NCBI GenBank assembly: GCA_026391215.1
Contig: JAPLDX010000068.1
Location: 1-64,000 of the forward strand
Direction of reading: 5' to 3'
DNA from: Bacteroidia bacterium
Lineage (GTDB): Bacteria; Bacteroidota; Bacteroidia; Bacteroidales; VadinHA17
Length of the DNA stretch: 64,000 nt
Made by a program: the position numbers and the translations under genes
Notes under the pieces: generated by a model
Databases searched by the model: none
Told to the model about the DNA's origin: nothing
What the model saw: only the letters and a program-made list of their open reading frames with translations
Shown here: piece by piece, positions 1-10,577 of the stretch
Numbering within the stretch: position 1 is the first letter of the stretch
How the letters are laid out: each line of letters starts with the position of its first letter

Positions 1-53
1 TGATCCCTCGGACGTTTGTGAGGTTTTTTATTACTGCTTGTCAGATGCGATAA

Positions 54-446
54 TTATTTAATTCTTAGAGTATATTTTAACTGTGGCCCGGTTTTAATCT
101 GCTCTTTCAGCGATGTTTCTACGGTTATTGCTTTAAAAGATATTTTTAAAAATTTTACGTTCATGCTCTCAAATCCAATTAACCTCTTTTTCATATCATC
201 AGTCAGTTTATTTGATTTGCTTATCATCATAAAATCATTATTACCATAAGTATATACTAAAACAAAACTTATAATCAAGTAGTTTTTATTACAGAGGAAA
301 ATGTATTCCATATTCAATAAATCCTCCAAAATAATTGTGTCATTTTCCTTGTAATCAGGTATCCTAATCTGAATATTATCCTTGTCCTGACAATGAGCAA
401 TAATAGTAATTGCTATCAACATTAAAAATGTAACTATTTTTTTCAT
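54..446 (-). CDS. Small secreted protein, possibly a standalone GldM C-terminal-like domain
   Basis: Likely start ATG at 446 (MKKIVTFLMLIAITIIAHC, a signal peptide). The pattern Y.IISF.L...SNKLTDDMK.RL...ISFKAI.V...LKY.LRIK recalls the GldM C-terminal domain. Very AT-rich. Confidence 0.5.
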   Translation of the reverse strand: MKKIVTFLMLIAITIIAHCQDKDNIQIRIPDYKENDTIILEDLLNMEYIFLCNKNYLIISFVLVYTYGNNDFMMISKSNKLTDDMKKRLIGFESMNVKFLKISFKAITVETSLKEQIKTGPQLKYTLRIK

Positions 447-571
447 ATAGCAGGATATTAGATTACTAATAAATGAATTTATTCTGGTAAAGTTATGAAA
501 GGCAATAACATAAATCAAATAAAAATTCACCCAAGAATTACCAACATTAACAATACGGCGTTTGTAGAAGT

Positions 572-600
572 AAAAAGCCCCCGGATTGATTTCTGGGGGA
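572..600 (-). terminator. Intrinsic terminator after the M14 peptidase gene
   Basis: Minus strand CCCCCAGA-AATCAA-TCCGGGGG (one mismatch) followed by CTTTTT. Confidence 0.6.
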
Positions 601-662
601 CTTCTCTATTTTAAAAGATATATATACTATTTGTAAAGGCACTATTTTATTGAACATATTAT

Positions 663-3296
663 TCATTCAACCGGGAATGGGAAAAGAGCGTTAAACAATA
701 ACTTATAAGTCGCCTGTGTAGATGCCCTGAACTGCGGATTAAATGCAAACAGAACAAGCTCTCCTTTTCCCTTTTTCAGCCAGATCATGGCGGCCTTGTT
801 TGCTATTTTTTCCTCATTCTCACAATAACCACTTATTAATATATTTTTCTCCGGGAATACGCCTATTATCCTCCGGTCCATGTCAAAGCGGGGGATGCTG
901 GTAGAGAAGAATGGCATATCACGGTAAAATACACCTGTCTCATTGGGCATGCCATAGGTCAGGGGATGATCCTGTTTCAGATGCACACGTATCAGTGAGC
1001 CGGGAATAAGTAATCCATCCTTTCGGGCCTGATCACTCACATTTGCAAAAGGAAGCATGAATTCTTCCTTAGTTTCGCCCTTAGTAATCTCGAGCATACC
1101 TGTAAATAGTTCAGCAGACTGCTCCCATGAAATTACTTTTCCACCCTCGTTAATAAAGACCAATAATTTCTCGAATCCTTTTTTACCCATTCCTTTCTGA
1201 TAGTCAGGATGATAATTACTCATGTAGGATCTGTCTTCGGTCCCGGGTTTGCCGTTCATAAGCAATGCTTTACTGGAACTGGGGATGATAACAATATCAA
1301 AATTTGCTGTAAAATCAGTTTTTTCGAATTCATCAGGATGAATTATAGTATATGGCAATTTGTAAGAATCAAATAGATAGCGTGTCCATCCGGCATCTAT
1401 ATCGCTGAAATAAGTTTCAATAAGTGCTATCCGCGGCATACTGATAGCCGACAATAGCAATTTTCCAGGGTCCTGGACAAATCCAGGTTCCGTGCGAGAT
1501 TCTTTTACAATACGGTTCAATAAAGCCTCATCATCGCCTTGTATGACAAAGCTCCCTTTTCCGTACAATTTGTCACTTATCTTTGTTTCCTTATTGAGGC
1601 GGCCAACCTTTATACCGTTTTGCATAGCGATGAAGGCAGCCTTAAAACTGCCGTTGCTGGTGACTGGGAATATGGCAGGTAAATTATATGTTTCCTTCAA
1701 CAAGTTTAACTCACCTGTAAGTGGTTTTAATGTGGCTTCAAAAGCAGCATCACGTACCCTTATTTCATACGATACCAGTCCTCTATGAAGGGGCAACGAC
1801 CAGCTGGTAACATCATAAGGGCGGATCACATCACCTCCGGGGGTATAGTGTCTTACCGGGAATTCCTGTTTCTCCATCACCTCTTTAATAAAAGCCCGAA
1901 ATGGTTGCGCCAATGGATATACAATATCACCTGATCTCAGGTTAATACCATTGAGGGTATAACTTTCAGATAGCTGGAAAGTATTGATACCCTGTTCCTT
2001 CATCAGCTCAACCAGACTTATAAGTTCGCTCTGATCAGCTTGTTCCTGTGGAACAACGTAATAATAGGGAGGTTGTGTTTTACCTTTCTCAACTTCCCTT
2101 TTACAAAGATCATTCCTGAATTTCAGAATATCATTTTTTTGCAGTGAGGCAGTTTTTATAATTGATAGGGTAGATTCTATTTCAAGTTTGACAATATCAC
2201 CCAGTCGCCACCAGCCGCCAGGCCAAGGCAAAGGGAAATTAATACTTTTCTCATATTCTGAGAGCCCTTTACCGCTGACCTGCAGCTCACCAGGCTCGAT
2301 AAATACAGGTGACGCCTCGCGTGCGCTGGCAGCTTCGGTAAGCATGCCTATCACATTCTTCCAGATACAGGTTTCGGTTGAGCCCGGCCAGTAATCATCA
2401 AAAATGGTTTTCTGTCCAACACCTGAAAGCCCGGCATTAGTCAGGTCACGCAACATATTGGTCCCGAATATCCCTGTCCAGGTCCATAATTCCGCATCCA
2501 CATTTTCAGCGATAGGATCATGTGAAGGAGGCACAAAATAGCGAATGCCCGTCGATCCCATCTGATGCTTTTCGATCATTACCTGGGGAAACCAATCCAG
2601 GTTATATATGCGTGCGATAGCCCTTGTGTCCTCCTGTGTGAGTCCGACAAAATCACGATTGTTGTCGTGACCGACATATTTATGGTACACCCTTGGCAAT
2701 GAAGCACCTTCATATTGAGTACCCCTATATTTATTGTAATTTTCAACTACAAAATCCATCCCGTCGGGATTATGATTGGGGACCATCATATATACCACGT
2801 CATCAAGGTATTTCTTAATCAGCGGATCATTTGAGGTAAGGAGCTTATAGGCGATCAGGGGAGATGCCTGGGATGGTGCCACTTCAGTAGAATGCATTGA
2901 CAGGGTGGCCAGGAAAAATACCTTGCCATCCTTTATATACTCTGCTTGCTTTGTTTCAGACAAGTCAGGATTAAGCGCAAGTTCTCTGTTTATTTCACGA
3001 AGTCTGTCAAGGTTATTTATATTCTTTTCAGACGATATGAAAGCGATGTACATTTTTTTACCCATCGGGCTTTGTCCGATTTCAACAAGCTTGAGCATTG
3101 GGGAAGCCTTATCAAGCTTAACGAGGTAATCAATCAGTTGTTCATAATTGAAAAGCATGTAATCGGAGCCGGGTGTAAATCCAAAATGTTCCTCAGGTTT
3201 TGGGACAGAAGATTGTGCAAATCCTTGCTGTGGAGAAACAATGCTGTTTATAAGAACGAGCAAAATACTCGATGTCAATAGATTAATCCCTCTCAT
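663..3296 (-). CDS. Secreted M14 zinc carboxypeptidase-family protein with a C-terminal glutamine-amidotransferase-like domain
   Basis: Signal peptide. HSTE (HxxE), NPDG, HDNNRD and EKHQMG motifs. C-terminal GWTRY...NPQFRA. Confidence 0.8.
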   Translation of the reverse strand: MRGINLLTSSILLVLINSIVSPQQGFAQSSVPKPEEHFGFTPGSDYMLFNYEQLIDYLVKLDKASPMLKLVEIGQSPMGKKMYIAFISSEKNINNLDRLREINRELALNPDLSETKQAEYIKDGKVFFLATLSMHSTEVAPSQASPLIAYKLLTSNDPLIKKYLDDVVYMMVPNHNPDGMDFVVENYNKYRGTQYEGASLPRVYHKYVGHDNNRDFVGLTQEDTRAIARIYNLDWFPQVMIEKHQMGSTGIRYFVPPSHDPIAENVDAELWTWTGIFGTNMLRDLTNAGLSGVGQKTIFDDYWPGSTETCIWKNVIGMLTEAASAREASPVFIEPGELQVSGKGLSEYEKSINFPLPWPGGWWRLGDIVKLEIESTLSIIKTASLQKNDILKFRNDLCKREVEKGKTQPPYYYVVPQEQADQSELISLVELMKEQGINTFQLSESYTLNGINLRSGDIVYPLAQPFRAFIKEVMEKQEFPVRHYTPGGDVIRPYDVTSWSLPLHRGLVSYEIRVRDAAFEATLKPLTGELNLLKETYNLPAIFPVTSNGSFKAAFIAMQNGIKVGRLNKETKISDKLYGKGSFVIQGDDEALLNRIVKESRTEPGFVQDPGKLLLSAISMPRIALIETYFSDIDAGWTRYLFDSYKLPYTIIHPDEFEKTDFTANFDIVIIPSSSKALLMNGKPGTEDRSYMSNYHPDYQKGMGKKGFEKLLVFINEGGKVISWEQSAELFTGMLEITKGETKEEFMLPFANVSDQARKDGLLIPGSLIRVHLKQDHPLTYGMPNETGVFYRDMPFFSTSIPRFDMDRRIIGVFPEKNILISGYCENEEKIANKAAMIWLKKGKGELVLFAFNPQFRASTQATYKLLFNALFPFPVE

Positions 3297-3410
3297 AATT
3301 CAATATTTTAAAAGTTATTGTGATTAAAGAACAGTTACAGATTTGACATAGTAGCAGTTCTTTATACCAGCCTCCTTACTTTCTTCCGAAGTCATATTGA
3401 TCCAAATTAA

Positions 3411-5714
3411 TTATTTCATCAATTCGAATGGAACGGTTTGAAGAATGTTTTCAACTGAAGCACCGAATAGTGCCTGATAAGTTCCGGCGTCTGTAATCCA
3501 TTCCGATTTGTCCGGATGGAACGAAGCCAGATCATAATCGGTGAAAGTCATCGTAAGTGTCTGACTTTCACCCTGAGCAATGGTTTTTGTCTTGGTAAAT
3601 GCTTTCAATTCACGATTCGGTTTATCGATGTCGCTTTCGGGAGCAGAAACATAGAGCTCTACGACTTCTTTACCTGCAACTTTACCGGTATTAGTAACAT
3701 TAACGGTGGCAATCCACATGCCGCCCGATCTTTCAACATTAGCATCACTGAATGCAAAAGTTGTATATGAAAGTCCGTATCCAAACGGATATGAAACTTT
3801 CAAACCTTTTTTATCGAAGTGACGGTAACCGACATATATGCCCTCTTCATATTCAGTGTAATCGATATTACGTACATATTTGTCCGGTTTCTTATCTTTT
3901 TTGATTCCGGTAATCGCAAGCAAACTTATCGAAGCACCTTCGGTCGGGAAATTAACCGTTGATGCATGGTCGGATAGTGCAACAGGGAATGTCATAGGAA
4001 GTTTTCCCGACGGATTGACATTACCTTTCAATATATCGGCAACGGAATTACCACCCTCCTGTCCCGCCTGCCATGCAAGCAATACTGCATCGGGTAAATT
4101 CTTCCAGCTTGTTGTCTCTATGACACCACCTATATTCAATACAACAACGACCTGTTTTCCGGCATTATGATATTCATTACATACAGACTTAATCATCGCC
4201 TGTTCGGCATTTGTCAACAAAAAATCGTCTTTTTCGGCATGGTCTTTACCCTCGGTAGTATTACGGCCAATGGTAATAATCGCAGCATCGGAAGATGAGA
4301 CAGCTGAAGCCAATTGTTCTTCAGAAGGGATGAATTCCCCTAACCGTTCAGAATTGATCATCGAGAAAAGGGCATTTTTAGGTTTCTTAGGTACTCCTCC
4401 GTTGTCCTCGTAATATTTGTCATAATCGCTTTTGACGCTCTCATTAACGGTATATCCCGCATTAGCAATACCTTCGGCAAGCGAAACAGTATACTCTTCG
4501 TTTACGTCGCCAGAGCCCATACCGCCGGATATGAAGTCATAAGATGTAGTTCCGAATAAAGCTATATTTTTAATTTCTATGGAAAAAGGTAGTGCACCGT
4601 TGTTTTCAAGCAGTATCATGCCTTCAGTTGCAGCCTGACGCGCGACGGCTGCATGTGTTTTAAGGTCAGGTTTATTGTTGTGTTTGTAACCGTTGAATCC
4701 CGGCGATTTAACAACAAGTTCCAACACACGTTTAACACTAGTATTGACATCCTTGATGGAAAGTGTACCGTTCTCCACGCCTTTAATTATCGCTTTCTTC
4801 TGGCTTTTACGACCAGGTTCCTGGAGGTCATTCCCTGCTGTTACCTGTGCAACGGCGTCCCTGCCACCGAACCAATCTGTCATTACAAGCCCTTCAAATC
4901 CCCAGTCATCACGAAGCACTTCAGTCAGAAGCCAATGATTGTGGGCGGCATATGTGCCATTAATCTTATTATAAGACGACATCACCGTCCACGGTTGTGC
5001 ATCCTTCACAACAATCTCGTACCCTTTGAGATAAATCTCGCGCATGGCACGTTCCGATACCCTTGCATCGTTAAAATTCCGATTCGTCTCCTGATTGTTA
5101 AGTGCAAAATGTTTAACCGATGTACCGACTCCATTTGACTGAATGCCGTTCACCATTGCAGATGCAATGGTTCCGGTCAGATAAGGGTCTTCGGAAAAAT
5201 ATTCAAAATTACGTCCGCACAGAGGATTACGCTGAATATTCATACCCGGACCAAGTATTACATCTACACCGTATTCCAGCATTTCATTGCCCGTTGTCGC
5301 ACCCACACTTTCAACAAGGGCTGTATCCCACGTAGAAGCAAGCAGAGTTCCGACTGGAAATGCAGTGCAATAATAGGTGTTTTCATCGTTTTTACGAGTG
5401 GGACTTATCCTCAGTCCGGCAGGACCGTCGGCAAGCACTACAAAAGGTATTCCGAGCCTCGGAATTGCCACAGTAGTTCCGGCAGCGCCATTTACTCCGA
5501 GTTGAGTCGAACCGACTGCAGGATGCGACTTACCCATCATAGATTTCATTCCCGTACCGATAAGAAGCGAAGCTTTCTCGTCAAGAGTCAATGCATTGAC
5601 GATTTCATCAATGTTATTTTTGTTAAGTTTTATTTCTGCAGAGTTAGTTTTATCTTGCGAAGTACACGCAAACAGCATGACCATTCCGGAAAACAGTATA
5701 AACAGCTTTTTCAT
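3411..5714 (-). CDS. GH3 beta-glucosidase (lipoprotein) with a C-terminal Fn3-like domain
   Basis: Lipobox LFAC. DGPAGLR, GRNFEYFSEDP, VKHF, VMSSYN, VMTDWFG (nucleophile) and EGIYVGYR..PFGYGLSYT. Confidence 0.93.
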   Translation of the reverse strand: MKKLFILFSGMVMLFACTSQDKTNSAEIKLNKNNIDEIVNALTLDEKASLLIGTGMKSMMGKSHPAVGSTQLGVNGAAGTTVAIPRLGIPFVVLADGPAGLRISPTRKNDENTYYCTAFPVGTLLASTWDTALVESVGATTGNEMLEYGVDVILGPGMNIQRNPLCGRNFEYFSEDPYLTGTIASAMVNGIQSNGVGTSVKHFALNNQETNRNFNDARVSERAMREIYLKGYEIVVKDAQPWTVMSSYNKINGTYAAHNHWLLTEVLRDDWGFEGLVMTDWFGGRDAVAQVTAGNDLQEPGRKSQKKAIIKGVENGTLSIKDVNTSVKRVLELVVKSPGFNGYKHNNKPDLKTHAAVARQAATEGMILLENNGALPFSIEIKNIALFGTTSYDFISGGMGSGDVNEEYTVSLAEGIANAGYTVNESVKSDYDKYYEDNGGVPKKPKNALFSMINSERLGEFIPSEEQLASAVSSSDAAIITIGRNTTEGKDHAEKDDFLLTNAEQAMIKSVCNEYHNAGKQVVVVLNIGGVIETTSWKNLPDAVLLAWQAGQEGGNSVADILKGNVNPSGKLPMTFPVALSDHASTVNFPTEGASISLLAITGIKKDKKPDKYVRNIDYTEYEEGIYVGYRHFDKKGLKVSYPFGYGLSYTTFAFSDANVERSGGMWIATVNVTNTGKVAGKEVVELYVSAPESDIDKPNRELKAFTKTKTIAQGESQTLTMTFTDYDLASFHPDKSEWITDAGTYQALFGASVENILQTVPFELMK

Positions 5715-5771
5715 AAAAAGGCAATAAATTACAGGTTATGAAAATCAGGTTAATTTAGTTTATCAATAGAA

Positions 5772-6281
5772 TTATTGTTTTTTATTGAAGATCTGAGTCA
5801 CTGACGATCCAAAGGGATCAATGTCTGCGGTCTTGACCGTCAGAACAAGGCCATTGTCTGAAAGAGAGTAAGATGCAGTGCTGCCGTAAACATCTGTACC
5901 TACAGTTCTGGTGCTTTTTGTTGTAAGAGTTTTTTTGTCTGGCGACCAGGTGGCAAGGTCCTTGTTTATTCCCTCGTTTTCCTCTTTAATTATCTCTTTT
6001 CCGTCGAGGTTGAATGAATTTTCACGTGCTGTAATTTCTTTTCCGTCCTTATCAAAAAATGTTGTTTTAAGTGTAAATGTCTGAGGAGTCTGTGTAATAA
6101 CACATGTTATATCAAACTCTTTATAAAAGTCATCACTTTTTACATTATCCTGTGTCCAGGTACCTGAAAAATCCGGCACGGACTGAGCATATGAAGCTGA
6201 TGCATAGGAGATCAATGCCAAAACAATAAATGATTTGATAATCAATTTTTTACTCGTAAATAAACATCCAGTGATTTTCAT
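5772..6281 (-). CDS. Secreted hypothetical protein, lipocalin-like beta fold
   Basis: Signal peptide, PDFSGTW N-terminal motif, beta-strand-rich sequence. Confidence 0.6.
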   Translation of the reverse strand: MKITGCLFTSKKLIIKSFIVLALISYASASYAQSVPDFSGTWTQDNVKSDDFYKEFDITCVITQTPQTFTLKTTFFDKDGKEITARENSFNLDGKEIIKEENEGINKDLATWSPDKKTLTTKSTRTVGTDVYGSTASYSLSDNGLVLTVKTADIDPFGSSVTQIFNKKQ

Positions 6282-6364
6282 ATTGGGTAAGATTTAATGG
6301 TTTAACTGATGGATAAATAATCGAATATACGATAAAAGGAGATTAATAAAGAATACAGATGGTG

Positions 6365-6403
6365 AAAAAAAGAAAAGCCGTCTCTTTTATGATTTGAGAC
6401 GGC
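6365..6403 (-). terminator. Intrinsic terminator after the DUF5916 gene
   Basis: 8-bp stem GCCGTCTC/GAGACGGC followed on the minus strand by a T-rich run. Confidence 0.75.
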
Positions 6404-6432
6404 CCTTTAGCCTCATACTATTAATCTGAATT

Positions 6433-9120
6433 CTATTTCAAACCAAACCGATAACTGAACTTAATAAGAAAAATATTATGAGGTGTATTATTGTTCCTGT
6501 CAAAAAGATCCCCGATATCATTCATAAGATCCATCTCTCCCAGACCTGTATAATAGTTCCTCGACTGATTCCATACAAGGTATACTATTGAACCCGGATT
6601 AAACTCCCATCTCACGACTAGGTTTGACAGAAATTCCTGAACATTGAAATCAGGTTTCCCGATATAATAATCATTATTTCCATCACTGTTCTCATCAACG
6701 GAGTAATATGAGTTATCTACAAGGGTTATCTGGTCTGAAGGATTATATACAGCAAACCTGTCAGTATATTCAGATGCCATCGGGTTTGTAATATATTTAA
6801 AACTATAATATTTACCCGATGCAATAAATGGCTGTCCCCAATACTGGAGGGTAAGATCGGGAGATAGATTGAAATTCACCCTGAACGACATGCTAATGGT
6901 CTTCTGGTCTATGCTGGCAAAAATATATCTGTCCTGTCCATTATATACCGACTGAGTTACATATTGCAATTCATCGTAAGATTTGAAGATTGAGGGCTGG
7001 AGTGACAGCTCGAGGGTGTTTATAGGTTTATAAGTTATCTGTGGCGATAAGCTGATTGAATGTGATCCGTCTTTAAAAGTATTCGACTTCTGGACATTAA
7101 ATCCATAAACCAGTTTTTTCCGATCATCGCTGAATAATCCGAACCATTCGTTGGCGCCCCCCGGCATTTTCATCACCGGTCCGCCGCGAAGCATCGTGTT
7201 GGCCAGGACATTAAAACTAAGCTCCGTACCGAAGTTAACGCCCCAGTAGTTCTTCAGGCTTATAAATCCGTTAATATTTCCGCCGTCGAACAAGCGATTT
7301 CCTGAAAAATCCCATGCAGAATACTGGTTATAATTAAGATTAACGCTCCTGTAAAAAGACTTCGGTTCCCATAACCTGTAACCGACCCATACTACACCAA
7401 ATATCTGATCTGCTTCCCTCTGGTATCCCATATCGTTAAGTTCAAGACCGGGAGTTTTCCATAGCATTGAAACAAGGTACCTGAAATGTCCGCTGCCGGA
7501 TTTCTGAAACTGTATCCTGCCGCCATTCCCCGACAGCGATGTCCTTGATGAATCAAGCGAGATATGGCTTCCGGGCCGCTGGAAATACCTGGCCGATGAA
7601 CGTTGCGCCCTTACCATTGAAAGCTCAGTTCCTGATATATTACTGAAGGCAGTATTTACATTGAACATATAGGTTTTCTTCTTGAAATATTGTGTAAAAT
7701 CCAAACCTCCGGCAAATGCAGCCCCGGGTATCCTGTTGATAAGATTCCTGATTTCATCCCCGAAAAGTGGAATCTCCTTCATATCCCGGTTTACCATAGT
7801 GACCATACCGCCGATAATCGTATTACCTTCCTTGTAGTCTTTCTGGACTCTTCCTACAAAGAAATTGGTCAAAGGTTCCACAGTTTGAAACGAACGGTTT
7901 CCGCCTGTATCAATCTCGGCCATTTCCTCTGAAGTGACAGCATCAAAAAATCCTACTGAAAGCCCGTTCCTGGTCTTCCCGGTCAGCTTGACAGCCCCGA
8001 TAATGGATGTGTTGATTGGCAGATCGGCATATCCTTCAATTGTATCGTTAAAACCATAATAATTATAAGAACCGCCCTGTGGTCTTCTGCCTATTCTCCT
8101 GGAATAGAACATGTTATCATTTCCTATCCCGCCATCGCCAATTCCCATTCCAAAGCTGAGGATATTGCTGCCTTCTATGAAAAATGGCCTTTTCTCTTCG
8201 AAAAAAGTCTCATAAGCTGAAAGATTTACTACTGAAGGGTCAGCCTCAACCTGACCGAAATCGGGATTTATGGTAAGGTCCATCGTCATGTTGTTTGTGA
8301 CACCGATTTTTGCATCAATACCGCCATTCGGACCGAATTTTCTTCCCTTTTCCATAAATGGATTTCCTGCTTCAGCTTTGAAAGTCTCTGTTTTAACGAC
8401 GCCATAGGGTGTCACATCAAAGATCTTCCTTGGCTTTACATTTTCAATCCCGCTCATTTCACCGAACATATGTACAAGTCCGGGTGCATCTTTAGGAATA
8501 TGCTGCCACATACTCATTTCCTGTTTCCTGTAAAGGGTTCTGAATACCTCAAGTCCCCAGACATCACCCGAATTCTTTTCAAATCGCAACTGACTGAAAG
8601 GGATCTTCATTTCTGCAATCCATCCATCGCTGTTTACTGAAGTTTTGACCCACCAGTTAGGATCCCAGGAAGAATCCTCATTTTCGCCATCATTTGACAT
8701 CATTTCATCCAGCTTGACTCCGCCAACGCTTACAGCGAAAAAGAATCCTGTCCGCCGATCGTGAAAGCTGTCAAAAACAACTCCGACCATATCACCATCA
8801 ACATTATCCCTTCTGGTCATACGCTTAACTATACTGTCGGGACTTGTATCAAATGATTTAATGGCGATAAAAAGATTATCCTCATCAAAAATGATCTTGA
8901 ACTCAGTTTTTTGACTCGGCTTTTGCCCGTTATAAGGCTCATACTGTGTAAAGTCATCTATCCATTCTCCCTGCTCCCAAACCTGATCATCGACTATACC
9001 GTCAATTAGCGGTGCAGTAGCAACTTCCGTTGCCTTGTAACGCTTTTTATCAGGAGTCTGTCCAAACGAAGCTGAGAGAATGAGAAAGATAATTGCAAAC
9101 GAAATTAAAATTCTTTTCAT
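6433..9120 (-). CDS. CBM9-like N-terminal domain plus DUF5916 outer-membrane protein
   Basis: Likely start ATG at 9120 (MKRILIS). P.IDG..D..W, GWIAEMKIPFSQLRF, TINPDFGQVEAD, EKRPFFIEG, FYSRRIGR. C-terminal IKFSYRF barrel-like ending. Confidence 0.85.
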   Translation of the reverse strand: MKRILISFAIIFLILSASFGQTPDKKRYKATEVATAPLIDGIVDDQVWEQGEWIDDFTQYEPYNGQKPSQKTEFKIIFDEDNLFIAIKSFDTSPDSIVKRMTRRDNVDGDMVGVVFDSFHDRRTGFFFAVSVGGVKLDEMMSNDGENEDSSWDPNWWVKTSVNSDGWIAEMKIPFSQLRFEKNSGDVWGLEVFRTLYRKQEMSMWQHIPKDAPGLVHMFGEMSGIENVKPRKIFDVTPYGVVKTETFKAEAGNPFMEKGRKFGPNGGIDAKIGVTNNMTMDLTINPDFGQVEADPSVVNLSAYETFFEEKRPFFIEGSNILSFGMGIGDGGIGNDNMFYSRRIGRRPQGGSYNYYGFNDTIEGYADLPINTSIIGAVKLTGKTRNGLSVGFFDAVTSEEMAEIDTGGNRSFQTVEPLTNFFVGRVQKDYKEGNTIIGGMVTMVNRDMKEIPLFGDEIRNLINRIPGAAFAGGLDFTQYFKKKTYMFNVNTAFSNISGTELSMVRAQRSSARYFQRPGSHISLDSSRTSLSGNGGRIQFQKSGSGHFRYLVSMLWKTPGLELNDMGYQREADQIFGVVWVGYRLWEPKSFYRSVNLNYNQYSAWDFSGNRLFDGGNINGFISLKNYWGVNFGTELSFNVLANTMLRGGPVMKMPGGANEWFGLFSDDRKKLVYGFNVQKSNTFKDGSHSISLSPQITYKPINTLELSLQPSIFKSYDELQYVTQSVYNGQDRYIFASIDQKTISMSFRVNFNLSPDLTLQYWGQPFIASGKYYSFKYITNPMASEYTDRFAVYNPSDQITLVDNSYYSVDENSDGNNDYYIGKPDFNVQEFLSNLVVRWEFNPGSIVYLVWNQSRNYYTGLGEMDLMNDIGDLFDRNNNTPHNIFLIKFSYRFGLK

Positions 9121-9245
9121 GGCTGCTCGGTTATGGTTTTTTCCTTCATAAAGACGGATAAGACTGTAGTTTGATGCAATCAATCATTTTTAAGTTTATA
9201 ATTATTAAGTTTGTGAGGGTATAATTGAAAATAAAACAGATTACC

Positions 9246-9629
9246 ATGCCACGAGTTTTTAAAGCAACAGAAATAGAGAGGGAAGAAAAAGAGATCAAAC
9301 GCGATTATCTCGACAGGCATATGCCTCATGTCATCTGTCCCGACCAGGTAAAAAGGGGCGAGAAATTTGCCGTGAAAGTAAAGCTTGGAGAAGAGTATAC
9401 CCATCCTGATGAGCATGACCATTTCATCAGTGTAATACAGCTCTGGAACAGGGAAACGCTGCTGGCAGAAGCACGCTATACATCAGGTGTTTATGGAAAC
9501 CAGCCTTCACATTATGAAATAGATTTCTATATTGTTGCACCTGAAGTCTCAATGAACCTCTCTGCAATGTCGGTTTGCACCAAGCATGGATTATGGCAAA
9601 GCGAAGATAAAGCCGTAAAGGTCATTTGA
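9246..9629 (+). CDS. Superoxide reductase-like (neelaredoxin / class II SORL) protein
   Basis: Likely start ATG at 9246. Fe ligand pattern DRHMP...HPDEHDHFI...CTKHGLW. Confidence 0.85.
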   Translation: MPRVFKATEIEREEKEIKRDYLDRHMPHVICPDQVKRGEKFAVKVKLGEEYTHPDEHDHFISVIQLWNRETLLAEARYTSGVYGNQPSHYEIDFYIVAPEVSMNLSAMSVCTKHGLWQSEDKAVKVI

Positions 9630-9667
9630 ATGCTGGCAGCCGGTACCCGGATATAACCGGATATTAT

Positions 9668-9675
9668 TATCTTTG
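9668..9675 (+). promoter_or_regulatory. Bacteroidota housekeeping-sigma -7 element for the M23-dxr-rseP operon
   Basis: TATCTTTG matches TAnnTTTG, 22 nt upstream of ATG 9698. Confidence 0.6.
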
Positions 9676-9697
9676 CAGGCCGCACAATCAATAGAAA

Positions 9698-10561
9698 ATG
9701 GCAAAGAACGATAAGAAAAAACGCAATTGGCGGGATAAATACAGATTTTCTGTCAGTAATGACACAACCTTTGAAGAGGTCTGGAGAGTAAGACTCACCA
9801 AATACAATGCTTTTCTCCTGATAACCGCCATCGTATTTTTCATTATCACTGCCACAATATGCCTGATAGCCTTTACCAACCTGCGGGAATTCATCCCGGG
9901 CTATCCCGATGTTATCATGAGACGCAATATTCTTATGAGCGCCATACGCCTCGATTCCCTCGAAAACGAGCTGGAGCTCAGGGATAAATATTTTTCAAAC
10001 CTTAATGCAATCATCTCCGGAAATGAACCTGTTGATCTCTATTCTGTGCAGGATACTTCACAAACCTATAAATCAATAAATTTCAGAAATTCTCCGGAAG
10101 ACTCAGCATTGAGAGCCAGTATAGAAGCACAGGAGAAGTTCAATCTTAACCTGGGACCTTCTTCACCAGAATCTGTTACAAGCCTGGCCGGACTTCACTT
10201 TTTCCCGCCGGTAAAAGGGATAATCTCATCCAGATTCGATCTGCGTACAAAACATTTTGGAACCGATATCGTCACAAAACCAAAATCCACTGTAGCTGCC
10301 GTACTTGACGGCACGGTAATCTTAACGGGATGGACCATGGAAACCGGTTATGTAATCCAGATACAGCACCCAAATAATATAGTTTCGGTCTATAAGCACA
10401 ATGAAAGCCTTTTGAAGGAAACCGGTGATCTGGTTCGCGCCGGAGAACCTGTTTCAGTTGTCGGCGACTCAGGTGAGCTATATACTTCAGGACCTCATCT
10501 TCACTTTGAGTTATGGTATAAAGGAACCCCTCTGGATCCTGAAAAACACATTTTATTCTAA
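9698..10561 (+). CDS. M23 family metallopeptidase, membrane-anchored
   Basis: HFGTD (HxxxD), YKH and PHLHFE motifs. N-terminal TM helix. Usual position upstream of dxr. Confidence 0.92.
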   Translation: MAKNDKKKRNWRDKYRFSVSNDTTFEEVWRVRLTKYNAFLLITAIVFFIITATICLIAFTNLREFIPGYPDVIMRRNILMSAIRLDSLENELELRDKYFSNLNAIISGNEPVDLYSVQDTSQTYKSINFRNSPEDSALRASIEAQEKFNLNLGPSSPESVTSLAGLHFFPPVKGIISSRFDLRTKHFGTDIVTKPKSTVAAVLDGTVILTGWTMETGYVIQIQHPNNIVSVYKHNESLLKETGDLVRAGEPVSVVGDSGELYTSGPHLHFELWYKGTPLDPEKHILF

Positions 10562-10577
10562 CATTCACATTGCCTTT

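Noticed and set aside
1-35. Possible tRNA 3' end or terminator at the window start
   Set aside because: Only a weak 4-5-bp stem plus a T-run. No cloverleaf is visible and upstream context is missing.
10425-10577. Long N-terminal extension of dxr overlapping the M23 gene (similarly 34437-34577, 9121-9183, 62213-62281)
   Set aside because: Artefact of longest-ORF calling. Downstream ATGs give normal N-termini or signal peptides.
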